Shown in pieces: positions 17,642-31,853 of a stretch of DNA of 32,000 nucleotides. The stretch comes from Haloquadratum walsbyi C23. Lineage in GTDB: Archaea; Halobacteriota; Halobacteria; Halobacteriales; Haloferacaceae. A program made the translations under genes and the position numbers. The stretch is taken from positions 1,980,001 to 2,012,000 of the forward strand of contig NC_017459.1 of the NCBI RefSeq assembly GCF_000237865.1, given 5' to 3'. The notes under the pieces were generated by a model that was not told the origin of the DNA, searched no databases, and saw nothing but the letters and a program-made list of their open reading frames with translations. Numbering within the stretch: the stretch's first letter is position 1; each line of letters opens with the position of its first letter.

Positions 17642-18175
17642 TTAATGTGCTGGTTCGCTAGCAGGTGCCTGCATATCATCAATTTGAAGAATAAGAATAT
17701 TACTTGTATCGTCTTTGCCGTCAATCGTTCCCTCGATAACAAGCTTTGAGAGTGGCGTTGGACCGACAGTCATTGAATCGCCTTCATGAAAGTCACGAAC
17801 GGAACCCTGAATGTGAATTTCTGCCCGACAGAGCTCAGGATGATGAACAGATGACAGATCAATCTCTTCGACATTCGCGTTATTGATTTCTTCATTTTCA
17901 TGAAACAATGGAACGAATGCTGGGTCTTCCATCTGATCCAGCTCAAGCGCCTCATATGCATTTGCTGTTGGCTTGTATCCACCCTTTGGACCTGGTACCC
18001 CCTCAACAAGTTGCAGTGCTTTCAGACTTTGCATCTGATTTCGGATTGTCCCAGGGTTACGATCTACTTCATCCGCAATCGTTTCACCCTTTACAGCTTC
18101 CTCATCTTCTCGGTGAAGATTAATGAGTGCTGTCAGGATACTCTTTTGACTTGACGTTAGTTCTATTGATGACAT
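17642..18175 (-). CDS. Winged-helix DNA-binding transcription regulator with an uncharacterised C-terminal domain
   Basis: The N-terminus LTSSQKSILTALINLHREDEEAVKGETIADEVDRNPGTIRNQMQSLKALQLVEGVPGPKGGYKPT matches the archaeal wHTH pattern (IA..l...pGTiRN.M..L..L.L.e...GPkGGY.PT). I do not recognise the C-terminal ~90 aa. Confidence 0.55.
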   Translation of the reverse strand: MSSIELTSSQKSILTALINLHREDEEAVKGETIADEVDRNPGTIRNQMQSLKALQLVEGVPGPKGGYKPTANAYEALELDQMEDPAFVPLFHENEEINNANVEEIDLSSVHHPELCRAEIHIQGSVRDFHEGDSMTVGPTPLSKLVIEGTIDGKDDTSNILILQIDDMQAPASEPAH

Positions 18176-18256
18176 ATTTCATTATTTACCACAGACAGTA
18201 TTAAATCCGGTGGATAATTCGGTATCGATTTGTAATTCCTGCCGTACATATATTAT

Positions 18257-19174
18257 ATGCATGAGAATCGTGTTCTCGTAACCGGTGGAGCGGGTTTTAT
18301 TGGTTCAAATCTGGCGAATCATCTTGCAGAGACGAACGAAGTCATAGCCGTCGATGACCTCCACCTTGGAACACCATCAAATCTTGATGAGACAGTCGAG
18401 TTTGTCAACGCTAGTGTACTTGAAGACGATCTCCCGACTGCTGATATCGACGTTGTATTTCATCTTGCTGCATACTCCTCATATACGATGGTTGAAGAAA
18501 ACAAACAAACAGCAACCCGGGTAAACGTCGAGGGGTTCGTCAATACTGTTGAACAAGCACGCGAGGATGGGTGTCAAACAGTTGTGTACGCATCAACCTC
18601 ATCAATATACGGTTCACGGACAAATCCATCTCCAGAGGATTTACCAGTTGAAGCACGGACATGCTATGAAGCCTCCAAATTGGCTCGTGAAACGTATGCG
18701 GAGTATTTTAATAATCACTATGATATGACACTTGCAGGATTGAGATTTTTCTCGGTGTATCAAGGCTATGGAGGCGCCGAGGAACACAAAGGCGAGTATG
18801 CAAACACCGTTGCACAGTTTGCAGAGAAAATCGCGAATGGTGAGCGACCAGCACTCTTTGGCGATGGAACGCAAACGCGCGATTTCACACATGTTGATGA
18901 TATTGTTCGCGGGATCGAAGACGCTGCTGAGTATGAATTACAGGGAATTTATAATCTTGGCACGGGCGAAAGCTATGATTTCAACACAATGGTCGAGATG
19001 ATCAACGATGAACTTGGGACCGATATTGACCCCAAATATATTGAGAACCCACTTGAGGTGTACGTTCATGATACAATGGCTGATAGCACGAAAATACGTG
19101 AGGCGACCGAATGGACACCTAAAATCACATTTGAAGAAGGCGTCTCACGGGTTTGCGAACCGTATATGAATTAG
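18257..19174 (+). CDS. NAD-dependent nucleotide-sugar epimerase/dehydratase (extended SDR)
   Basis: VLVTGGAGFIGSNL (GxxGxxG), STSSIYG, and the catalytic YEASK (YxxxK). Confidence 0.85.
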   Translation: MHENRVLVTGGAGFIGSNLANHLAETNEVIAVDDLHLGTPSNLDETVEFVNASVLEDDLPTADIDVVFHLAAYSSYTMVEENKQTATRVNVEGFVNTVEQAREDGCQTVVYASTSSIYGSRTNPSPEDLPVEARTCYEASKLARETYAEYFNNHYDMTLAGLRFFSVYQGYGGAEEHKGEYANTVAQFAEKIANGERPALFGDGTQTRDFTHVDDIVRGIEDAAEYELQGIYNLGTGESYDFNTMVEMINDELGTDIDPKYIENPLEVYVHDTMADSTKIREATEWTPKITFEEGVSRVCEPYMN

Positions 19175-19346
19175 TCTGTTCGAAAAAGCTATTATTCTTT
19201 ATTGGCGATGACGTCACTGAAACGATTCAACATCTTTGAGGTGGAGTCCCCTTTCTTAACGAGCGAGCAACATGAAGCGAGCGAAGTAGGGTGGGGTCGT
19301 TGATTCGTGACCAAAATCAAGATATCTTGTGTATAGTTCTGTTCGA
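19175..19346 (+). repeat. ~154-bp segment flanked by the 9-bp direct repeat TCTGTTCGA and carrying a tnpB-tail-like relic
   Basis: Direct repeats lie at 19175-19183 and 19338-19346. The inner sequence reads FEVESPFLTSEQHEASEVGWGR* and ends AGGGTGGGGTCGTTGATTCGTGAC. Compare CAGGGTGGGGAGGATGTCATTGAC at 7621-7644. Confidence 0.4.
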
Positions 19347-19356
19347 GGGCTAATTG

Positions 19357-21926
19357 TTAGCTAGGTGTTGTCGTTGTTGCATTCTCAGACTCACTCTCAC
19401 CATCACCGCTATCTGCTCCTGATGAGTCGTCTGTACGCGGGTGAGTATCAACGCTTGCAACAGTATCAGTGTCTTCAAGATCCATTACAATGACTCCCAT
19501 TGTGTTTCGACCGACTGTTGAAATGTCATCGACAGGGGTCCGGAGGATTTGTCCCTTTCGACTCATCATAAAGAGTTCATCGCTTATCCCAACTGTTTCA
19601 ACCTCACAGATGTGCCCATTACGTTCGTTTGTCTTGATATCGATGAGTCCCTTTCCATTACGAGACTGTTGTCGATACCGATCGATGTCGGTTCGCTTTC
19701 CATATCCATGCTCAGTAACGGTGAGCACCCAATCGTCTTGATCATCATCCACAGCAGCAAGTGCGGCAACAGCGTCAGTATCCTCGAGTTTGATCCCATG
19801 GACACCACGGGCCGATCTCCCCACTGACCTGACATCACCCTCATTAAATCGAATAGCCATTCCCTTACGCGTTCCAAGGATGATATCTTGATTTCCATCT
19901 GTTACCTCAACGTCAATAAGCTTATCATCAGCACCGAGGCTAATGGCGATGATACCCGTTGAGCGGATATTCTGGAAGGAGTTAACACTCGTCCGTTTGA
20001 TATACCCTGATTGTGTCACCATCGTGAAATATCGCTCTTCGTCATCATCAATATCCATCTCAGCAGTATTGACAACGGCAGTAATCTGCTCACCATCGTC
20101 TAACTCTAAGAGATTTACTGCCGACTTCCCACGGGCAGTCCGTGACATTTCCGGAATTTGATATGTCTTGAGTTGATATACCTGCCCATGGCTGGTGAAA
20201 TACAGCAGATAATCATGAGTATTTGCAACATATACTGATGAGACAGTATCGCCATCTTTCAGTGATGTTCCAATGATGCCTTTCCCGCCGCGATGTTGAC
20301 TACGGAAGTCTTCAAGTGACATCCGCTTAATGTAATCATCCTCGGTAACGACGACAACAACATCTTCCTGCGCAATCAGATCTTCATGTGTAACTGTTCC
20401 ATCGTCTTCAATTATTCTCGTTCGCCGCTCATCGGCGTATTTATTTCGAATCGTGGCGAGTTCATCTTCAACAACAGCATCAAGCTCGTCGGGGTTATTG
20501 AGAATCGTCTGTAAACGCTCAATCCGTTCTTGAACAGATTCATACTCATCTTCAATCTCATCAGATTCAAGCGAAGTGAGCGAGCCGAGTTGCATCGCAA
20601 CAATGTGATTAGCCTGATCTTCAGAGAAATCAAATGTTGGTAGTGACTCACCGCGTTCATCTGATTCGACAACATGCTCACCGCGAAGTGCAGCCTTTGC
20701 ATTATCGCGATCTGTCGAGTTACGGATAATATCAACGACATCATCGACCTGCTTAAGTGCGCGAAGCCGACCCTCAAGAATATGCGCACGATCACGCTTT
20801 TCATCGAGTTCATACTGTGACCGACGACGGACAACGGTCCGGCGATGCTCAAGATATTCATGTAGCGTTTCTTTGAGCGTGAGCACCTGTGGTTGTCCGT
20901 CAACAAGTGCAAGATTGATTACCCCAAATGTTGACTCTAGATGATGTTCGAGTAATTGGTTTTTGACAATATCCGGATTTGCCCCTCGTTTCAGTTCAAC
21001 AACAACGCGAATCCCGTCTCGATCGGATTCATCCCGGAGGTCACGAATGCCTTCGATTGTCCCAGCATTAACATTATCAGCGATTCGTTCGACTAACCGT
21101 GCTTTGTTCGTCTGGAACGGCAGTTCTGTGATAACGATTCGGTCATCTTGAACATCAAATTCTGCACGAACACGAACGCGTCCACGCCCAGTTTTGTATG
21201 CTTTATAAATTGCATTCTGCCCGACGATATTTGCACCAGTTGGAAAGTCTGGACCTTGTACGTGATTCATCAAGTCCTCAACTGTGCACTCAGGATGATG
21301 AATCAGATGGATTGTCGCATCAATCACCTCACCAAGATTATGTGGTGGAATATTTGTTGACATTCCAACCGCGATACCGGATGACCCATTAACCAAGAGA
21401 TTTGGAAAGGCTGCCGGAAGGACTGCTGGTTCTGACAGTCGGTCATCGTAGTTTGCTGTGAACTCAACGGTATCCATTTCGATGTTATCCAGTAACTCCT
21501 CAGCGATTGGCGACATACGTGCCTCGGTATATCGCATCGCTGCTGGTGGATCACCGTCGACAGATCCAAAGTTTCCTTGACCGTCGACAAGCGGATTTCG
21601 CATCGAAAAGTCCTGCGCCATCCGTGCAAGCGCATTATAAATCGCAGAGTCCCCGTGTGGATGATAATCACCCATTGTCTCACCAACAATCGATGATGAC
21701 TTACGATGAGCAGACCGAGCAGAAATCCCTGATTGATGCATTGCATACAAGATCCGCCGATGAACAGGCTTGAGTCCATCACGAGCGTCTGGGAGCGCTC
21801 GACCCGCAATCACTGACATTGCGTAATCGATATATGATTGCTCCATTTCCCGCTCGATTCGGGCTGTCTCAACCTCAGCAGCAATTCCGGTCTCAGGGTC
21901 GAAACGGTCAGGTGCGTCTGAACTCA

Positions 21927-21927
<1 letters not shown>
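19357..21927 (-). CDS. gyrA: DNA gyrase subunit A
   Basis: Contains ...[29 protein letters not shown]..., the active-site region [10 protein letters not shown], and a C-terminal beta-pinwheel region. The start is taken at ATG 21927 (MSSDAPD...), which shares one nucleotide with the gyrB stop (TGATG). Confidence 0.97.
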
Positions 21928-24623
<2,696 letters not shown>

Positions 24624-24651
24624 CTATCGGTCGGATAGCAATCCTCACAGA

Positions 24652-27600
24652 ATGACCTCGTTTCAGTCGACACTCGGCGAAGAGGGCGAGATTGCCGACG
24701 AGTTGGCGGAGAGCCAGCGGGCAATCTCAATCGCCGAGTTCTTTGAAAAGAACAAACATATGTTGGGCTTCGATTCAGGAGCTCGAGGGCTTGTCACCGC
24801 TGTTAAGGAGGCAGTTGATAATGCTCTTGATGCGACCGAAGAAGCCGGGATTAAGCCGGATATCTCAATTGAAATTCGTGAGTCTGGCGATTATTATACT
24901 CTTATTGTTGAAGACAACGGTCCAGGAATAACCCGCGAACAGGTGCCGAAAGTCTTTGGAAAGCTACTGTATGGATCACGATTCCATGCCCGTGAACAGT
25001 CGTTGACACCAACTCAAACGCTTCTTATCCGTCGTGATGGCGATGTGACGTTTACTTCAATCGGCGACTTTTGTGACTCATATCTCCCTGCGGATGGACC
25101 AGCATCAGCTCCCATTCCAGTAGACGCCAATATTGAGGTGCCATCATTTGACCGAGCAACGCATGAAATGACATGGCAGCCGGTGACCAATGCGATTCGT
25201 CATCGAACAGATGAGCGTGTATATCGAATTTCAACAGCATGCGGTCGAACGCTTGAGATAACGGGTAATCATAGTCTGTTTTCACTTTCTTCTGATAATG
25301 AGACAATAGAGGTGAATGCCGGCGAGCTTTCACCGGGCGATAGCATTCTTGCACCAAAGCAACTCCCGATGGCTTCAGAGTCTGTGGATACCGGTACGAC
25401 CGTAGATGAAAAAACACAATCGAGTACGGGAGCACAGACACAGAGAATCAATATTCTTGAACATATCAAACCGGATGACCTCAAAGAGTCTGCAGCAACG
25501 TTCCGGATCCACGAAGCCGACCAAGCGTCTCTCTCTTCAGGCGGAAATCATAAATCTTCATCTGCTTCGTTGGCGTCATCACAGCTGGCATCGAGTGAGG
25601 TCATAGCATCCGCCGGCGGACAGCAGATTCAGTCCAGTGCAGATCAGCGACAATCAAAAGAACACACACCCGGTGGTGATCATCATAACAACGAGTGCCT
25701 GTCGATCAAATCGGTATGTGAAAACAATAAAATGTCCACAGTCGCTGATTATACCCTTGAGATTGTTACTCCAGATGGTGAATCATCACGATTGCCGGTC
25801 TCAGTTTCTATCGATAATGTGTTTATTACCTCTCTTGTGAGATACATTGCAACAGCATCCACATCAGATATATCGCCGGTATCTGATAGTAGTGTAGATT
25901 ATACTACAGAAGAGAGTCATAATACGGTGGATCGGTCCTTTAGCGACACGATGAGACCACTTGATTCGGTGATTCCGCTCATTTGTGAGGATGATGGGGA
26001 GATAGAACTTCCATCGTTTGTCTTTGAATCTGACCCGAAGCAACAACAACAGTTATTGACTCAGTTGTATCGATATCCCGAAGCATCAAACGGAAGAAAT
26101 GCTGGTGATGATACGGTAACATATACGACAACAAGTGCTACGCTTGCAAGGCAGCTCACCACGTTATGGAATATGAATGGTGTAGTCGCGACAGCGAATA
26201 CGCAGACAGAGACATCACAGTCCGATGAGATCAAAAATGAAAGCGCACAAACAACGATATATGAAGTATCAGTCGATCGGGCTGAGATTGAGACTGATAT
26301 AGCTGGCTCCGATTCAGACTGCCAGCAGGGTGATGGCGATCTTTGTTTGGTATCAGTGAGTAGTGTTGAGGAGATTGACGCACCACCATATGTATACGAT
26401 ATTTCGGTGCCTGGTGCAAGCGGTCATGATGAGAACTTTGTGACTGCAAATGACGGGGCAATTTGCGTCAAAAATAGTCGTGGACAGCAGGGTATTGGAA
26501 TTTCTGCAGCAGTGCTGTACTCACAACTTACCTCAGGGAAGCCAGCAAGGATAACCACACGAACACAGAGTTCCGATACAGCACAGTATTTTGAGCTCAT
26601 CATTGATACAGACACAAACGAACCTGAGGTGAGCGCTGACCAGGAGCGTGACCCTGGTGCTGCATCATTATCACCGACACATGGCACGCGGATTGAGCTA
26701 GAGATGGAGGCAAATATGCGAGCTCGCGGACAACTTCGTGATTATGTGAAAGACACAGCGGTTGTGAATCCACATGCACGGATCACGCTTGATGAACCTG
26801 GGCTTGAGGAGCCTCGCCAGTACGAGCGAGTCGACGGCGCCGAACTGCCGGCACAAACTGAGGAAATTCGACCACATCCACACGGTGTTGAACTAGGAAC
26901 ACTACTGAAAATGCTTGAAGCAACGGAGTCATACTCTGTGTCAGGCTTCCTTCGTGAGGAGTTCACCCGCGTTGGGTCAAAAACGGCAACAAAGATCCTT
27001 GATCAATTTCGCGACCGTCACTTTGGTCGGGCACTTCCTATGTCCGCGCCAGAAACGATACCAGACAATGCTGACGACACTGATGATGAGCAAGTAACCT
27101 CATCGCTTGAGTCCATCATTGAAGCTGCGGTCGTAAACAAAGGTGCATCTGCAACTACCACGTTTGCAAGCCGCGTCGCAGAGACAGTTAATCAACGATC
27201 TGGAACGACACAGGGCGAACTTGTCGGGATTGTTGATACGGTTGCAGAGGACATTGAAGATGAGTTTGAGACAACATTCGGTACGACCGTTCGAGAGAAT
27301 GCAGTTGAGGCGGCATGGGATGTCCTAACCACAGATATTGATGAAGATATCTACCCGCTTGTTGCGGATGCAACAAGCACGCAAAAAGATCATGAAACAG
27401 TTCGAGGTGTTACAGACCGGATTGCAACAAAATTCGCTGATGGCTCCGAACCCCTTCGTGCGACCCGAGACGCAGTTCGTGAGTATGTCGATCGATCAGC
27501 AGATATGATTGTCTCTGAGGAGGTGTCATTTGGCGAAACTGCCCGTGAAAACGTGGTCGATGCGGTATGGACGGCGATGCAGACTGTTGATGATGAGTTA

Positions 27601-28566
27601 CCAGCAGTCAAGGCTGTTGCAGACGACCGTAATATCGCCTCGGATTTGCTTGAAGCAATGCGATTAACAGATATCTTGGCGCCACCAACAGATTGTCTAT
27701 CGCCGATTACAGCAGATCTCGTTGAGGCAGGGTTACGAAAGGAGTTTGATGCCGATTTCTATGCGGCTGCAACCCGAGATGCGGAGGTTCACGGGGGTGA
27801 TCCATTTATTGTTGAGGCTGGGATTGCCTATGGTGGTGAACTCGAGGGTGGAAAAATCTCGCTTCTCCGATTTGCAAATCGAGTCCCATTGGTTTATCAA
27901 CGGGGTGCATGTGCAACAACAGATGTGATTAAATCAATTGGATGGCGAAACTATGGACTTGATCAACCCGGTGGGTCTGGAATGCCGAATGGACCAGCAG
28001 TGGTGATGATTCACGTGGCATCGACAAATGTGCCATTCACGAGTGAGTCAAAGGATGCACTTGCAAATATCCCAGCCATTGAAGACGAAATTGAACTTGC
28101 AGTTCGAGAAGCCTCACGCGAACTAAAATCATATCTCAACAAGCGCCGATCAATGCAAAAACGGCGAGAAAAACAGGATGTGCTTGGGCGGATTCTTCCA
28201 GAGATGGCAAACAAACTCGCAGACGTAACAGAGAATGACCGCCCAGATATTGACAATGCACTAGCACGAATCATGAATAATGTCAGTGTTGAGCGTGATG
28301 TGGATAACGGGTCAGTTACATTAACAGTGCAGAATTACTCAGATCGTCAGGAATCACCAACGCTGACTGATATTGTTGATTCCAAGCCGGATACTATTCC
28401 AGATAAAATCGAAATTGTCGAACTTGAGGATGAATACTTCCTGACGTGGGAGCCAGTCGTTGACGCTGGTGAGTCGGCTACTGTGACATATGAAGTTCCG
28501 ACGGGTGCGTCATTTGAGCTTGATGTCGACGATGTTGAAACCGAGAAACTAACCATTGACGCATGA
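24652..28566 (+). CDS. top6B: DNA topoisomerase VI subunit B, interrupted by an intein
   Basis: GHKL N-box [12 protein letters not shown]1 box VEDNGPGI, then [14 protein letters not shown] [insert] [17 protein letters not shown]. The C-terminal transducer region is intact. The extein is about 812 aa. Confidence 0.95.
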   Translation: MTSFQSTLGEEGEIADELAESQRAISIAEFFEKNKHMLGFDSGARGLVTAVKEAVDNALDATEEAGIKPDISIEIRESGDYYTLIVEDNGPGITREQVPKVFGKLLYGSRFHAREQSLTPTQTLLIRRDGDVTFTSIGDFCDSYLPADGPASAPIPVDANIEVPSFDRATHEMTWQPVTNAIRHRTDERVYRISTACGRTLEITGNHSLFSLSSDNETIEVNAGELSPGDSILAPKQLPMASESVDTGTTVDEKTQSSTGAQTQRINILEHIKPDDLKESAATFRIHEADQASLSSGGNHKSSSASLASSQLASSEVIASAGGQQIQSSADQRQSKEHTPGGDHHNNECLSIKSVCENNKMSTVADYTLEIVTPDGESSRLPVSVSIDNVFITSLVRYIATASTSDISPVSDSSVDYTTEESHNTVDRSFSDTMRPLDSVIPLICEDDGEIELPSFVFESDPKQQQQLLTQLYRYPEASNGRNAGDDTVTYTTTSATLARQLTTLWNMNGVVATANTQTETSQSDEIKNESAQTTIYEVSVDRAEIETDIAGSDSDCQQGDGDLCLVSVSSVEEIDAPPYVYDISVPGASGHDENFVTANDGAICVKNSRGQQGIGISAAVLYSQLTSGKPARITTRTQSSDTAQYFELIIDTDTNEPEVSADQERDPGAASLSPTHGTRIELEMEANMRARGQLRDYVKDTAVVNPHARITLDEPGLEEPRQYERVDGAELPAQTEEIRPHPHGVELGTLLKMLEATESYSVSGFLREEFTRVGSKTATKILDQFRDRHFGRALPMSAPETIPDNADDTDDEQVTSSLESIIEAAVVNKGASATTTFASRVAETVNQRSGTTQGELVGIVDTVAEDIEDEFETTFGTTVRENAVEAAWDVLTTDIDEDIYPLVADATSTQKDHETVRGVTDRIATKFADGSEPLRATRDAVREYVDRSADMIVSEEVSFGETARENVVDAVWTAMQTVDDELPAVKAVADDRNIASDLLEAMRLTDILAPPTDCLSPITADLVEAGLRKEFDADFYAAATRDAEVHGGDPFIVEAGIAYGGELEGGKISLLRFANRVPLVYQRGACATTDVIKSIGWRNYGLDQPGGSGMPNGPAVVMIHVASTNVPFTSESKDALANIPAIEDEIELAVREASRELKSYLNKRRSMQKRREKQDVLGRILPEMANKLADVTENDRPDIDNALARIMNNVSVERDVDNGSVTLTVQNYSDRQESPTLTDIVDSKPDTIPDKIEIVELEDEYFLTWEPVVDAGESATVTYEVPTGASFELDVDDVETEKLTIDA
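25000..26475 (+). other. Top6B intein (492 aa) with a degenerate LAGLIDADG-like central domain
   Basis: It starts with Ser ([14 protein letters not shown]), has block [11 protein letters not shown] and block [31 protein letters not shown], followed by Ser+1. The central region has HEN-like spacing ([13 protein letters not shown]; [30 protein letters not shown]; [19 protein letters not shown]), but the usual acidic residues appear replaced. Confidence 0.85.
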
Positions 28567-28871
28567 GGGACGCCCGTCATCAAAAGGAATAATCAGTCAT
28601 ATCTGGAGACAACGACGCCGAAAACCATGATTATTCTCAGCGATATACTGCCCTCTATGTTCACTCATATGAGCATCAATAAGCTGAGACATTGCAATGA
28701 TACAACGAGTATATATTGCATAATATGAGATAGCCCAGCAGTATGTGCATCTGCATCAGACAGTATCGATATCACAGATGCAGGATACCGACAAGGAGAA
28801 ATGTAATGTGTCTATGTCGTAAACGTGATATTAATCATCAGTAAACCAGAAATAAGACAAAGGAATCTATT

Positions 28872-29966
28872 ATGAGTACAAAACAAGACGAGGAGCTCGC
28901 GCAGGAGCGGCTCATCGACCTCGCAGCAGAGTTTTATGATCAATTCGATAGCGGAGATATTCCAGCGATGGAAATTCCAACGCGGACAAAGACGAATATC
29001 GTCTTTGATGAGGATTCAGAAGTGTGGGTATATGGGGATCGCACCTCGACGCGGTCTGCAAATAGCGTTCGTGGAGCCAGAAAATTGCTCAAAGCGGCAT
29101 ATACAATTGAATTTCTCGTTGACCAACTTGAAGAAGATAGGTCATCGACGCTTCGTGAGTTGTATTATCTTTCTGAATCATGGGATAATAAAGAGGCACA
29201 GTTCTCTGACCAGGATGAATCAAATCAGCTTGTTGAAGATCTTGAGATTGTCTCAAAGGTAACGCGTGAGGACTTTCATATGCGACCTGAAGAGTCCGGT
29301 GCAACACTGATGGGACCACTCGAGTTGCGCGAACAGACCCGTCGGGGTGAGCGAGCAATTCATTGTCAAGAGGATGTCGGTGAGGGCGGATATCAGATCC
29401 CGAATAATCCAGACACAATTGACTTTCTTGATCATGACATTGATTTTGTCCTCTGTGTCGAAACTGGTGGAATGCGTGACCGATTAATTGAAAATGGATT
29501 TGATGACATGTACAACTGTCTCATTGTGCATTTGAAGGGTCAACCTGCACGGGCAACACGACGAATTACAAAGCGACTGCATGATGAACTGAGTGTTCCA
29601 GTTGTCGTGTTTACTGATGGTGACCCATGGTCATACCGGATTTATGGATCAGTCGCATATGGGTCGATTAAGTCCGCGCATCTCTCAGAGTATCTTGCGA
29701 CACCAGAAGCGCGATTTATTGGGATTCAACCGACTGACATTGTCGAATACGAACTTCCAACGGATCCACTTGCGGACTCTGATGTGAATGCACTTGAGTC
29801 CGAACTTGAAGACCCACGATTCCAGTCAGAGTATTGGACTGAACAAATAGAATTACAATTAGACATTGAAAAGAAGGCCGAACAACAGTCACTTGCGTCT
29901 CGTGGACTTGATTTTGTAACTGAGACATATCTCCCAGAGCGACTTGACGATATGGGAGTTATATGA
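28872..29966 (+). CDS. top6A: DNA topoisomerase VI subunit A (Spo11 family)
   Basis: 364 aa. Contains the winged-helix region with the catalytic-Tyr context [11 protein letters not shown] and the Toprim region [13 protein letters not shown]...[14 protein letters not shown]. Confidence 0.95.
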   Translation: MSTKQDEELAQERLIDLAAEFYDQFDSGDIPAMEIPTRTKTNIVFDEDSEVWVYGDRTSTRSANSVRGARKLLKAAYTIEFLVDQLEEDRSSTLRELYYLSESWDNKEAQFSDQDESNQLVEDLEIVSKVTREDFHMRPEESGATLMGPLELREQTRRGERAIHCQEDVGEGGYQIPNNPDTIDFLDHDIDFVLCVETGGMRDRLIENGFDDMYNCLIVHLKGQPARATRRITKRLHDELSVPVVVFTDGDPWSYRIYGSVAYGSIKSAHLSEYLATPEARFIGIQPTDIVEYELPTDPLADSDVNALESELEDPRFQSEYWTEQIELQLDIEKKAEQQSLASRGLDFVTETYLPERLDDMGVI

Positions 29967-30203
29967 TCATACACTCAAAAGGAATCAAAATATCGCTTCA
30001 GTAATTAATCGATATATCATGCAGGTTATTTCTTGAGAACAGCTTTGTATCTATTCGACGTAATATGATGTTTTTATACTAAGTTGTAGTCGCACACAAA
30101 CGCGAAATTGAGTATTGACGAGCGAAACGACTGAAATCAGAAGACAAAATAAAGAACTGTTCAACAGCTTTTTTGACTGAGATATGAATATATAATATTA
30201 CGA

Positions 30204-30875
30204 ATGAATACGTCGATGCAAACATATCTTGTCACACAGGAGGACCGCTCAGCCGGGCGATCAACAACCGAGATTGTTGAGGCGGCTATTGACGGAGGGA
30301 TTGATATTGTGCAGTTACGTGAAAAGGAGACAACTGCTCGGAGGCGGTATGAGATCGGTCAGACAGTTCGTACGCAAACTGCCCAGGCGGGGGTGACGTT
30401 TCTTGTGAACGACCGCGTAGATCTTGCTGCTGCCGTTAATGCTGATGGCGTTCATCTCGGCGATGATGATCTTCCAGTCACGGCTGCCCGAGAAGTTCTT
30501 GGTCAGGACGCGATCATCGGACGGTCAGTCTCAACACCAGCAGCAGCTCAGAGAGCTGAAGATATCGGCGCAGATTATCTTGGGGTTGGGGCTGTGTATC
30601 CAACAGGAACAAAAGACGTCACAGCTGAAAGCGCCGAGATAGGTCCGAAAACTGTGACCGCAATTACAGATGCAGTCTCCATCCCAGTTATCGGAATCGG
30701 TGGGATTACCCCATCGAACACGACGGAGGTCATACGAGCAGGCGCGGATGGTGTCGCAGTTGTTTCTGCGATTACGACTGCCGATGATCCGGCTGCAGCG
30801 ACGCGAAAGCTACAAGAATCGGTCGATACAGCCAGTGTAGAGAGCCAATTGCCTAGTGAGGAGCCATCAGCATAA
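30204..30875 (+). CDS. thiE: Thiamine-phosphate synthase
   Basis: YLVT...GGIDIVQLREK, FLVNDRVDLAAAVNADGVHLG, GVGAVYPTGTK and IGIGGI are ThiE motifs. Confidence 0.9.
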   Translation: MNTSMQTYLVTQEDRSAGRSTTEIVEAAIDGGIDIVQLREKETTARRRYEIGQTVRTQTAQAGVTFLVNDRVDLAAAVNADGVHLGDDDLPVTAAREVLGQDAIIGRSVSTPAAAQRAEDIGADYLGVGAVYPTGTKDVTAESAEIGPKTVTAITDAVSIPVIGIGGITPSNTTEVIRAGADGVAVVSAITTADDPAAATRKLQESVDTASVESQLPSEEPSA

Positions 30876-31741
30876 TGAACGAAGATACCACAACACTTGT
30901 CGAAGAAACGAATACGACTACCCAGGCTGCGCTGAGACAACTCGGTCAGACAACGCCACTCGTGAATGCCATTACGAACGACGTAACAGTAAATCAGGTT
31001 GCAAATATCATCTTACACTGGGGCGGGCTGCCGGTCATGTCGGATGACGTAAGAGAGCTTGATGAGATGGTTAACGCTGCAGAGGCGTGTCTCTTGAATA
31101 TGGGAACAGTGAGTGAAACGGGTGAGGAGGCGATGATGACCGCGGGACAAGCAGCCTCTGAGCACGATGCAGGATTGGTTCTTGATCCAGTTGGAGCTGG
31201 CGCGACAGCGACCCGATCACGGGTTGCAGAGCGATTAAGTACTACTCTCGATATTGATGTCATCAATGGAAATCGTGGTGAAGTCGCAGCGTTAGTCGGC
31301 GAGGATGCTGAGGTTCGGGGTGTTGAATCGGTTGGTGAACATCCCGATGCTGCCGAGACAGCGATTGCGTGTGCTCAACATACAGAAGCGGTTGTCGTTT
31401 CTTCAGGAGTAACTGATATTGTCGCGACAGCGGAAACAGCATTTGAGTTGAATGTCGGTGATGAAATGCTCGGAACTCTCGTTGGAACGGGGTGTATGCT
31501 TGGTGGAACAATCGCTGCATTTTGTGGTGGGTTAGATGACCCATTAACAGCCGCGCTGACGGGGACAGTTGCATTTGGGCTTGCGGGCGAAGCTGCAGCG
31601 AATGGTGAGTTTGGCGAGTATGCTGGTCCGGCGAGCTATGAGACAACAGTTCTTGATGCTGCAGCTGGAACCGACCCTGAGATGATAGCTGCTGTTGATA
31701 TTGATAACCGGGTTAATCGTGTGCTTGCAGAAGCCAAATGA
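30875..31741 (+). CDS. thiM: Hydroxyethylthiazole kinase
   Basis: PLVNAITNDVTVNQVANIILHWGGLPVMS, LNMGT, VLDPVGAGAT and GTGCMLGG are ThiM motifs. The ATG shares one nucleotide with the thiE stop (TAATG). Confidence 0.9.
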   Translation: MNEDTTTLVEETNTTTQAALRQLGQTTPLVNAITNDVTVNQVANIILHWGGLPVMSDDVRELDEMVNAAEACLLNMGTVSETGEEAMMTAGQAASEHDAGLVLDPVGAGATATRSRVAERLSTTLDIDVINGNRGEVAALVGEDAEVRGVESVGEHPDAAETAIACAQHTEAVVVSSGVTDIVATAETAFELNVGDEMLGTLVGTGCMLGGTIAAFCGGLDDPLTAALTGTVAFGLAGEAAANGEFGEYAGPASYETTVLDAAAGTDPEMIAAVDIDNRVNRVLAEAK

Positions 31742-31853
31742 ACAAATCTCTGTAGTTTCGATACGGTATGCAGAACAGATGAGAATCATAATCTGAATAC
31801 TATTACATACATAGGGAGACGCTCTTACTCAATATTCTACTCAAACGCGATGC

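Noticed and set aside
30064-30140. C/D-box sRNA candidate (TGATGT ... TGACGA ... CTGA)
   Set aside because: The C box is non-canonical, no D' box lies at the proper spacing, and there is no terminal stem.
29967-30203. TPP riboswitch upstream of thiE
   Set aside because: The conserved CUGAGA...ACCUGAUCUGGAUAAUGCCAGCG core is not present. Only an isolated CTGAGA occurs.
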